Source: Hemiscyllium ocellatum (Eukaryota). Taken from it: DNA of 64,000 nucleotides. Location of the stretch: positions 17,876,341 to 17,940,340 of the forward strand of contig NC_083409.1 in assembly GCF_020745735.1 (NCBI RefSeq). The letters run 5' to 3'. How positions within the stretch are numbered: the first letter of the stretch is position 1; the number at the start of each line of letters is the position of its first letter. The notes under the pieces are model-generated. The model saw only the letters and a list, made by a program, of their open reading frames with translations. It did no database searches and had not been told where the DNA came from. Shown one piece after another: positions 13,088 to 23,849 of this stretch. The position numbers and the translations under genes were made by a program.

Positions 13088-16000
13088 CTAGAGTCACAGA
13101 GTCAAAGAGATGTACAGCATGGAAACAGACCCTTCGGTCCAACTTGTCCATGCTGACCAGACATCCCAACCCAATCTAGTCCCACCTGCCAACTCCTGGC
13201 CCAGATTCCTCCAAACCTTTCTATTCATATACCCATCCAGATGCCTTTTAAATGTTGCAATTGTACCAGCCTCCACCACTTCCTCTGGCAGCCCATTCCA
13301 CACTCGCACCACCCTGTGTGTGAAAAAGTTGCTCTTCAAGTCCCTTTTATATCTTTCCCCTCTTACCCTAAACCCATGCCCTCTATTACTGGACTCCACC
13401 AGCCCAGGGAAAAGACTTGGTCTCTTTGCCCTATCCATGCCCCTCATAATTTTATAAACCTCTGTAAGGTCACTCCTCAGCCTCTGACACTCCAGGGAAA
13501 ACATCCCCAGCCTATTTACCCTCTCCTTATAGCTTAAATCCTTCAACCCTGGTAACATCCTTGTCAATCTTTTCTGAACCTTTTCAAGTTTCACAATATC
13601 TTTCTGATAGGAAGGAGACCAGAATTGAATGCAATACTCCAAAAGTGTCCTCGGTGACCTCCCAATTCCTGTACCCAATACTCTGACCATTAAAGGAAAG
13701 CATACCGAATGTCTTCTTCATTATCCTATCTACCTACAACTCTACTTTCAAGGAGCTATGAACCTGCACTCCAAAGTCTCTTTGTTCAGCAACACTCCCG
13801 AAAACCTTACCATTAAGTGTATTAGTCCTGCTAAGATTTGCTTTCCCAAATGCAGCACCTTGCATTTATCTAAATTAAACTCCATCTGCCATTCCTCAGC
13901 CCAATGGCCCATCGGATCAAGATCCTGTTGTAATCTGAGGCAACCTTCTTCGCTGTCCATTACACCTCCAATTTTGGTGTCATTTGCAAACTTACTAACT
14001 CTACTGCCTATGTTCATATCCAAATCATTTATGTAAATGACAAAAAGTAGTTGACCCAGGACCAATCCTTATGACACTCCACTGGTTACAGGCCTCCAGT
14101 CTAAAAAACATCCCTCCACCACCACCCTCTGTCTTCTACCTTTGAGCCAGTTCTGTATCCAAATGGCTAGTTCTCCTGTATTCCATGAGATCTAACCTTG
14201 CTAACCTGCCTCCCATGGGGAACCTTGTCGAATGCCTTACTGAAGTCCATTCAGATCCTGTCTAACGTTCTGCCTTCATCAATTCTTTCTGTTACTTCAA
14301 AAAACTCAATCAAGTTTGTGAGACATGATTTCCCATGCACAAAACCATGCTGACTATCCCTAATCAGTCTTTGCCTTTCCAAATATATGGACATTCTGTC
14401 CCTCAGGATTCCTTCCAACAACTTCCTCACAACCAACGTCTGGCTCACTGGTCTACAGTTCCCTGGCTTGTCCTCACCAACTTTCTTAAATAGTGGCACC
14501 AATTAGTGAACCTCCAGTCTTCTGGCACATCATCTGTGACTATTGAGGATACAAGTATCACAGTAAGAGGCCCAGCAATCACTTCCCTAGCTTCCCACAG
14601 AGTTCTAGGGTACACCTAATTAGGTCCTGGGATTTATCCACTTTTATGCATTTCAAGACATCGAGCACCTCCTCGTCTGTAATATGAACGTTTTTCAAGA
14701 TATCACCATCTATTTCCCTGCATTCTATATCTTCAATATCCTTCTCCACAATTAAACTGAAGCAAAATACTCATTTGGTATCTGCCCCATCTCCTGCGGC
14801 TCCACACAAAGGTCGCCTTGCTGATCTTTGAGGGATCCTATTCTCTCCTTAGTTACCCTCTTGTCCTTAATGTATTCATAAAACCCCTCTGTATTCTCCT
14901 TAGCCCTATTTGCCAAAGCTATCTCATGTTGTTGCCCTCCTGATTTCCCTCTTAAGTATACTCCTACTGCCTTTGTATCCATCTAAGGATTCACTAAATC
15001 TATCCTGTCTATACCTGACATATGCTTCATTCTTTTTCTCAACCAAACCCTCAACTTCTCTCATCATCCAATAGTCCCTACACCTACCAGCCTTTCCTTT
15101 CACTGTAACTAGAATATACTATCTCTGGACTCAAATTATCTCATTTCTGAAGGCTTCCCATTTTCCAGATGTCCCTTTACCTGCGAGCAACTGCCCCCAA
15201 TCAGCTTTTCAGAGTTCTTGCCTCATATTGGCAAAATTAGCCTTCCTCCAATTTAGAACTTCAACTTCTGGATCTGGTCTATACAGAAACCCACACAGAC
15301 ACAGGGAGAATGTGCAAACCCCACACAGACAGTTGCCTGAGGTGGGAATTGAACCCGGGTCTCTGGCACTGTGAGGCAGCAGTGCTAAACACTGTGCCAC
15401 AGTGCCTGATACTGGCAAAATTAGCCTTCCTCCAATTTAGAACTTCAACTTCTGGATCTGGTCTATCCTTTTCCTTCACTATTTTAAAATGAATAGAATT
15501 ATGGTCGCTGACCAAAAGTGCTCCTCCACTGACACCTCAGTCACCTGCCCTGCCTTATTTCCAAGAGTAGGTCGAGCTTTGCACCTTCTCTAGTAGGTAC
15601 AACCACACACTGAATCAGAAAATTGTCTTGTACACACTTAACAAATTCCTCTCCATCTAAACCCTAAACACTATGGCAGTCCCAGTCTATGTTCGGAAAG
15701 TTAAAATCCCCTACTATAACCACCCCATTATTTTTACTGATAGCTGAAATCTCCTTACAAATTTGATTCTCAATTTCCCGCTGACTACTGGAGGGGGGCT
15801 ATAATACAATCCCAACAAGGTGATCATCCCCTTCTTTTTTCTCAGTTCCATACAAATAACTTCCCTGGATGTATTTCTGGGAATATCCTCCCGAAGCACA
15901 GCTGTAATGCTATCCCTCATCAAAAATGCCACTCTCCCTCCCCTTGTGCCTCCCTTTCTGTCCTTCCTGTAGCATTGTATCCTAGAACATTAAACAGCCA

Positions 16001-16960
16001 GTCCTGTCCATCCCTGAGCCATGTTTCTGTAATTGCTATGATATCCCAGTCCCATGTTCCTAACCACGGCCTATGTTCATCTTCCTTCCCTGTTAGGCCT
16101 CTTGCACTGAAATAAATGCAGTTTAATTTATCAGTCCTACCTTGTTCTCTGCTTTGTCCCCGCCTGCCCTGACTGTTTGACCTGCCTTTGTTCTCAACTT
16201 TACCAATCTCAGGTTGAAATCTTTCCTCACTATCTCCCTGGGTCCCACCCGCCCACCTTACTAGTTTAAATCCTCCTGAGCAGCTCTAGCAAATCTCCCT
16301 GCCAGTATATTAGTCCCCTTCCAATTCAGGTGCAATCTGTCCTTCTTGTACAGGTCACTTCTACCTCAAAACAGCTTCCAAAGATCCAAAAATGTGAATC
16401 CTTCTCCCATACACCAGCTCCTCAGCCATGCATTCATCTGCTCTATCCTCCTATTCCTGCCCTCACTAGCTCATAGCACCAGGAGTAATTCAGATATTAC
16501 TACTCATGAGGACCTCCTTTTTAAATTCCTGCCTAACTCTCTGCAATCTCCCTTCAGAATCTCAACATTTTCCCTTCTATGTCGTTGGTTCCAAAGTGTA
16601 CAATGAGCTCCTGCTGGTCCCTCTCCACCTTAAGAACATTCTGCACCCTCCCTGAGACATACTTGATCCTGGCACCAGGGAAGCAACACACCATTCTGGT
16701 TTTTCACTACTGGCCACAGAAACGTCTGTCTGAACCTCGGGCTAGAGAGTCCCCTAACACAGTCGATCATTTGGAACCCGACGTACCTCCCGTTACATTA
16801 GAGCCAGTGCCAATACCAGAAACTTGGCTGCTCATGCTAATGCTAAGTACCCCTGAGTTTCCATCATCCCCTACATTTTCCAAAACAGCATACTTGTTTG
16901 AAATGGGAATAGCCACAGAAGACTCCTGCACTACTTGCCTACCTCTCTTGCCTTTCCTGG
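13088..16960 (-). mobile_element. Near full-length degenerate CR1 (ORF1 remnant, APE, RT, tail)
   Basis: LLEYCIQFWSP, FVIYINDLD, SKFANDTK, KSCLTNLIEFF, APE 15714-15932, ORF1 region 16300-16950 (IPISNKYAVL). Confidence 0.9.
15283..15403 (-). mobile_element. Tail-less tRNA-derived SINE (HE1-like) with a 54-bp flanking duplication
   Basis: A/B-box head (GGCACAGTGTTTAGCACTGCTGCCTCACAG...GGGTTCAATTCC). Identical 54-mers at 15229-15282 and 15413-15466. Confidence 0.85.
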
Positions 16961-16969
16961 AGTAATGGT

Positions 16970-19900
16970 CAGAGCCCATGGGATCCAAGGCATTTTGGCA
17001 AATTGGATCCAAATATGAGGCAAAGAGTGATGGTGGAGGGTTGTCTTTGTGATTGGAAGCCTGTGACCAGTGGTGTAAGACAGGGACTGGGGCTGGGACC
17101 CTTGCTGTTTGTAATGTACATTAACAAATTGACTGTGATTAGAAAGTTTTCAGAGGCCACATAAATTGGTGGTGTTATTGATATTGATTTGATTTTTATT
17201 TTAGTTTATTGTCACATGTACTCGAGTGCAAAAGTATTGGAGTACAGTGAAAAGTATGTAACGTCACCTCACAAGGTGCCATCTTAGGTACAAGGACCTC
17301 AGTACAGAATCGTTAAGAACAAGGTAGAAAGAAAGAATAAAGTTCAAAGTTACATGTTGCAGATCTTTTTAGTTTTAAGTAGAAAATGAAGAAATAAAGC
17401 TGAAAGTTCAAGTATGAGAGCCTTTCTTAAGAACTCAGCAACCATGGGATCATACTTTAAGTAATCACCTCGAGACCAGAAGTCCACGCTGAGGCCTTCC
17501 CGGGTGGAGAGACAACCATATACAGAAAGGACCACTATGTGGGATGAGAGACACCCACTCTGGGCCACTCAGAGATCGCTACACTAGGCCGAGTGACCAT
17601 CACGCTGGGCTGACAGTCTAGCATGCTGGGCCGAGAGGCCTCCACATCGAACTGAGAGGCCATCATGTTGGACCAAGAGTCTGCCTCATCGGGCTGGAAG
17701 GTCTCCCTGCCAGGCCAGAACACTGCCACACCAAGCCAAGAAGCCACATCATGAGGTCTGAACTAGGTCAGAGGCCTGGCGACTGAGGCTGGGAGTCCGT
17801 GCCCGCGAGAAGAAATAAGGGAGAAGGACAAAAGAAAAACACAAAAGAAAAGGATAAGAGAAGTGGAATAGAAAGAAGAAAAGGATACAGACAGAGCAGA
17901 TGAACTCGGTCTGAAGTGTCCTACTCTGCTGCCATCTTGGATTACTGGGTCTCAGGCTACAGTCTGATATTGGTCAGTTGGTAAATTGGGCAGAGCAATG
18001 GCAGATGTAATTTAATCCTGATCTCTCTGAGGTGATCCAACTTGGGAGATCTAATAAGGGAAGGATATACACAATGAAAGGCATGTGCCTTGAGTGTCCT
18101 TATGCATGAATCACAGAGGGTTGGTCTACAGGTACAACAAGCAATTAGGAAGGCAAATGGAATTTTGTCCTTCATTGCTAAAGGGATTGAGTTTAAAAAG
18201 CGGGAAGGTTATGTTGCAGCTGTACAGGGTGTTGGTGAGACCACACCTTGGGTACTGCGTGCAGTAATGGTGTCCTCACTTGGAAAAGGCAATACTGGCA
18301 CTAGAGGGGTGCAGAGAAAGTTCACTAGGCTGATTCTGGGGTGGAGGGGGTTGGCTTATGAAGGGAGACTGCGTAGACTGGGATATATTCATTGGAACTT
18401 AGGAGAATGAGGGGAACCTGATAGAAACAAATAAAATTATAAAGAGAATAGACAAGACAGAAGTAGGGAGGATGTTCCCACTGGCAAGTGAAACTAAAAC
18501 AAGAGGGTTCAGCCTCAAAATTAGGGGGAGCAGATTTAGGACTGAATTAAGAAGGAACTTCTTCACCCAGAGGGTCATAAATCTATGGAATTCCTTGCTC
18601 AATGAAGAAAATGATGCTACTTCAGTAAATGTTTTAAAGCTAAGACAGACCATCCGTGGAATGGTAAGCCTAATATATGATGAACGGCTGAGGATCGTGG
18701 GATTGTATTCATTCGACTTTCGAAGGGGAGATTTAATAGAAACTTACAAGATAATGCATGGCTTAGAACTGGTGGATGCTGGGAAATTGTTTCCATTAGG
18801 TGGGAGTACTAGGACCCGTGGGCACAGCCTTAGAGTTAGAGGGGGTCAGTTTAAAACAGAACTGAGGAGACATTTCTTCAGCTAGAGAGTGATGGGCCTT
18901 TGGAATTCATTGCCACAGAGTGCAGTGGCGGCTGAAATATTAAATGTCTTCAAGGCAGAGATTGATAAATTCTTAATCTTGCAATGAATCAAGGGCTACA
19001 GGGAGAGTGTGGGTAACTGTCGTTAAATGCCCATCACCCATGATTGAATGGCGGAGTGGACTCGATGGACCAAATGGCCTTACTTCCACTCCTTTGTCTT
19101 ATGGTCTTATGTGGAGCTGAGTCCATGAAAAGATCAGCCATGATCTTATTGAATGGCAGAGCAGGGTTGAAGGGACAGATGGCCTACTCCTGCTCCTAGT
19201 TCTTATGTTCTTATGTTCCTTGGGAGTACTGAGGAACAAAGGGACCTTGGTGTACAAGTCCATCAATCCCGGAAGGTATCAGCACAGCTAGACAGGGTGG
19301 TGAAGAAGGCATATGGGATGCTTGCCATCATTAGAAAAAATAATACAGGCATGGACAATTTTCTAAACGGTGAGAAAATTCATAAAGTCAAAGTACAAAG
19401 TGATCAAGGAATGCTAGTTCCCGGATTCTCTAAAGGTTAACTTGCAGGTTGAATCCATGGTTAAGAAAGCAAATGTAGTGTTGTCATTTATCTCAAGAGC
19501 TGAAAAAGAGCCATTCCTGAAGAAGGGCTTATGCCCGAAATGTCGAATTTCCTGTTCCTTGGATGCTGCCTGACCTGCTGCGCTTTTCCAGCAACACATT
19601 TTCAACTGCTTGCCATCATTAGCCAGGGTGTAGAATATAGGAAGTAGAAATTCTTGTTGTTACCTGACAGAGCACTGGTTAGGTCATGTCTGGAATATTG
19701 TGCACAGTTCTGGTCGTGACACTGTTGGAAGAACGTGATTGAACTGGAGAGGATGCAGAGGAGATTAACCAGAATATTCCCTGGGATGGAAAGTATTCGT
19801 TATGAGGAGAGACTGTGTTTCTCTCAGATAGACTGTATATGTTTTCTCTGGGGGAAATCTGATTGAGGTATACAAAAAAATGAAAGGCATAGACAAAGTC

Positions 19901-20216
19901 AATTGTGAGAATCTTTTCCCCATGTCAGACATGTCTATGACCAGAGGGAATAAGCTTACCATGTGAAAAAATGGTTTAGAGGGGTTTTGAGGACTTTTTT
20001 CCCCAGAGGGTGGTAGAAATATGGAATGTGCAGCTTGAGAAGGTAGTGGAGGCAGCTCCTCTCACAACATTTAAGAAACATCCAGACGAGCACATAAAAT
20101 GCCAGGGCTTGGAAGGCAATGGACCAAGTGCAGGTCAATGGAGTTTGGTAATGACTGGTTGGCATCGACATGTCGACAAACAGAAGGGCCTGTTTGTTTG
20201 CTGTATGACTCTATGA
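16970..20216 (+). mobile_element. Stack of plus-strand CR1 fragments (with an unrelated insert at 17195-17945 and a PLE module at 19335-19606)
   Basis: RT and C-terminal motifs (RRNFFTQRVINLWNSL, RRHFFS) and several tails (19110, 19210, 20216). Confidence 0.8.
19500..19606 (+). mobile_element. Penelope pseudo-LTR fragment with hammerhead-like core
   Basis: ATTC-CTGAAGA-A-GGGC-TTAT-GCCC-GAAA-T-GTC-GAAT, followed by the family's GATGCTGCCTGACCTGCTG..TTTTCCAGC segment. Confidence 0.75.
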
Positions 20217-20218
20217 CA

Positions 20219-23155
20219 ATGAAGAGAAGGATGTGGAAGCATTTTTCATGTTGTTAGTGAAGATAGCAACACAAGCGAGATGGGAAAAACAAATTGGACC
20301 TTGTCCATGCAAAAATGAACTTGGGAAGCACAAGAGGTTTCTACATCCCTGTCAGAGGAATGTTCTCGGGATCATGAGGAGGTGAAAACGGCTATTCTAA
20401 GCACATATGAGTTGGCCCCAGAAACATACAGACAGATGTTTCAGAACTTACACAAACAGCCTGGACAAACCTCGACTGAGTTTAAGAGAGTTTAACAAAA
20501 TAATGTTGACAGGTGGATAAGAACATTAACAGCTGAGAATACTTACAATGCTCACAGAGAAGTTATCCTTTGAGAAGAATTTAAAACTTCCTTCCCTTCC
20601 AGAATCAGAATTCATGTAGATGACCAAAGGGGAACGACAGTAAGACAAGCAGCTAGAATGGCTAATGATCATAGACTTTGTTAAAACCAAAACCCTGCAG
20701 ATGCTGGAATCCAAAGTAGACAAACAGGAGGCTGGAAGAGCACAACAAGCCAAGCAGCATCAGGAGGTGGAGAAATGGGAGAAAAATAAAAATTGGGAGA
20801 GTCTAAGGATGGTAGATAGCCAGGGGAGAGAATGGGCAGGAGGGAACAGCCCGAGAACTCCTCCTCAGATTAAGAAGGAAATTGCTGAGAGTGGAAGTGA
20901 TGATCAGAAGCTGAAATGTTTCTCTTGGAATAAGGTGGGCCATGTATGTTTGGAATGTTGGAAGTTGAGGCAAACCCATGGGATTTATGGGAGTTAGTAA
21001 AATGAGTCAGAGAAGGGAACACAGACAGATAATCCCACGGAGCAGGTTGTAGCTGTAACAATAACAAAAAGGCCGGAGGTGAATTCTGTCATTAGTAAAG
21101 GAAGTTGTCAGGTAGATGAGAGGTGGACAGGACTTTTATCAAAAGGAATGGTGACTCCTTTTTCTTCAGCTAAACCCAGAACCAAACTGAGAGATACAGG
21201 AGCAACACAGTCACTTTTACTGGAGAAAGAATTGATTTTCCCTCCAGAGAGCTCGATGTGAGCTAATGTATTAATCAATGGGATTGGTGGAGAATATGTT
21301 CCACTTCCATTGTATACAGTACAACTGGAATGTGATTTGTTATCAGGAGAAGTAATTGTCGGAATGGGAAAACATTCCCTGTTGAGGGAGTCGATTTCCT
21401 TCTGGGGAATGTTTTGTCAGGACTAAAGGCAGTAGCTTCCCCGATAATTACAGAATGTCCAAAGGAGGGCCAAGAAACAGAACAATGACAGGAACAGGTT
21501 CCTGGTCTCTCTCCTTCGTGTGAGGTAACCAGGGCAATGGTTAAACAAAATCCATCAATAAGGGTTGATGTGACACCACAGCAAGTGAAAGGATCGCTGA
21601 AACTTTCTGAAAGGGTGAAGATAATCCAGGTGGAGTGGTTGGTATGATGTCACTAATTACAGCAGATCCAAAAAGCAGATCCTGAATGAAATAAATGAGC
21701 AGTCAGCTCATACTGAGGTCGAGGCTGGAGGGGTTTCAGAGTGTTAATTATGTTCAGAATGGAGCGCTGATGAGGAAGTGGAGACCCCCTCATAGACCCC
21801 CAGAAGAATGGTCGGTTAGACATTGGCTAGTGGTCCCACCCAGCTATCATAGGGAGATAGTACAAGGGGCACATGAGACTCCCATGGCAGGTCACATGGG
21901 GATTTAGAAAACACAGGCATCCAGAAACAGGTATTTTACTGAGCCACTATTGGATAAAGATGTGGTGCAGTTTTATAAAACATGTCTTCCTTGTCAAGTT
22001 ATAGGTAAACCTCAATACAAAACCAGCATCCTTAATTCTTCTCCCAGTTTTTGAGGAACCATCCTGTCATGTACAGGCTTGTCAAGTAGTGAGTATAATA
22101 GAGGAGGGGATCAGAAAAAGCTTGAGATCAAAAAAGACCTGGACACTTCCCAAAGGAATCTTCCTGTTATTAGATGAACAAATGCAGAGATATTTGAGAC
22201 TTCAGACACTGTATTTTTGTGTCTGGAGAAAGATCAACAGGTAGATTTAGTGAGGCTGCTCAGACAATACAAAAATGTTTGTATGAGGAGTCGTTGAGGA
22301 CTTTGGTTCTGTACTTGATGGAGTTTAGAAAGATGAGAGGGAATGTCATTGAAACTTACAGAATACAGGGTGGCCTGGATAGAGTGGACATGGAGGAGAT
22401 GTTTCTAATGATAGGAGAGTTGGAGACCCGAGGGCACAGTCTCAGAGTGAAGAGACGATCTTTCGAACTGAGTTGAGAAGGAATTTCTTCAGCCAGAGTG
22501 TCATTAATCTGTGGAACTGCAGAGGGCCTAGGAGGCCAATTCATTGAGTGTATTTAAGAAAGAGATGGTTTGGCTCTTGATTAGTCAAGGGATCAAGATT
22601 TACAGTGAAAAAGGAAGAGATTGGGGCTGAGAAACATTATCAACTGTAAATGACCAGACATGATGGGCCAAATGGCCCAATTCTGCTCCTTTATCTTGTG
22701 GACTTGTATAGATACACTTAGATCTATCACATGAAACAAATATAACATGAATTTGGTAATTCAGACAAAATAAAACAAAAACCAACCGAAACCGGCAATG
22801 GAACAGAGGGCTTCCATGTTGGAGAATCAGCTGATTGAACCATATCAGAGTAATTGGAGTTCTCCTGTAGTATTGGCTCCTGAACCAAACTGTTCAATTT
22901 AATTCTGTGTAGACTCGAGGAATGTGAGTCTTGTCACAAAACCAGATTCATTCCCTATTCCCAGCTGAGAAGGTTGTATAGAGAGGGTTTGTTGTATATC
23001 ATTCTTGTATAAAATTGATTTGTTAAAAGGATGTTGACAAGAACTCACTGATAACTAGAACTAAGCGAGTTTCTGTATTTATCACACCTAATGGATTATA
23101 CCCAATGGCAAGTTTTGCTCTGTGGACTTAACAACTCTCCAGTCACATTTGAATG
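20219..23155 (+). mobile_element. Degenerate Gypsy LTR-retrotransposon internal region, Gmr1-like (gag-PR-IN-RT order)
   Basis: My manual translation, in order: gag SLSEECSRDHEEVKTAILSTYELAPETYRQMF (20346-); Cys/His knuckle KCFSWNKVGHVCLECW (about 20910); protease LRDTGATQSLLL (21187); integrase HHCC AHETPMAGHMGI..KTCLPCQVIGKP (21826-22015); then frameshifted RT remnants NWSSPVVLAP..FCVDS..TKPDSFPIP..KIDLLKG (22850-23040). Confidence 0.85.
22290..22700 (+). mobile_element. CR1 3' fragment inserted in the Gypsy pol region
   Basis: FRKMRGNVIETY...TRGHSLRV motifs and a CR1 tail. Confidence 0.85.
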
Positions 23156-23556
23156 ATTATTGTGAAAGTGAACAAGGTCACACTCCCCACATTACACTCC
23201 ATCTGCCCAATATTTCTTCAAAGCCCAGCTGTATCTAATATTCAGCAGGATGGACCTTCACTGAGAAATAACCATTTGTAACTAGAATAATGATATCTCT
23301 GAGAATCACATTAATAATTATTTTTATTGAAGCTTTCATAAGTTCTGTGTTGATTGACACAATGCTCTGGTTTGGGCTGTCTGTACAAACCATCTGTAAT
23401 GTCTTTGCTGCAATGGTTCACATTTACATCATCAAACTCACACTCCAAATATCCCGTCATTATTCTCCATGGGATTCACTGGCATTGGCTCAGATCGAAC
23501 TCCCAGCAGCTGCAATGGAGGGAGGGATACGGCTTAGAGAGCAAGAGATGGAGCAC

Positions 23557-23559
<3 letters not shown>

Positions 23560-23590
<31 letters not shown>
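23560..23590. repeat. (GA)n microsatellite in a purine-rich tract
   Basis: About 15 GA units are visible directly. Confidence 0.9.
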
Positions 23591-23591
<1 letters not shown>

Positions 23592-23849
23592 ACTAAATGA
23601 GAGGGGGATAGAGCTTGGACAGAGAAAGAGGGATGGAACTCAGAGTGAGATCGAGGCAGCTGAGTGAGAGAGGGGTGGGGAGAGAGAGTGAGAAAGTGAG
23701 ATGGAGTCAAGGAGTTCTATGTCAAAGATAAATTATACTTTGTTAAAGATTGCACTGGATGAATTCTGACTCTCTTACTCTGTGAACTCTACCCACAAAG
23801 CTGTCTAACTTTGTGTCATTAGCAAACTAGAGTATCTGACTTTCTATGC

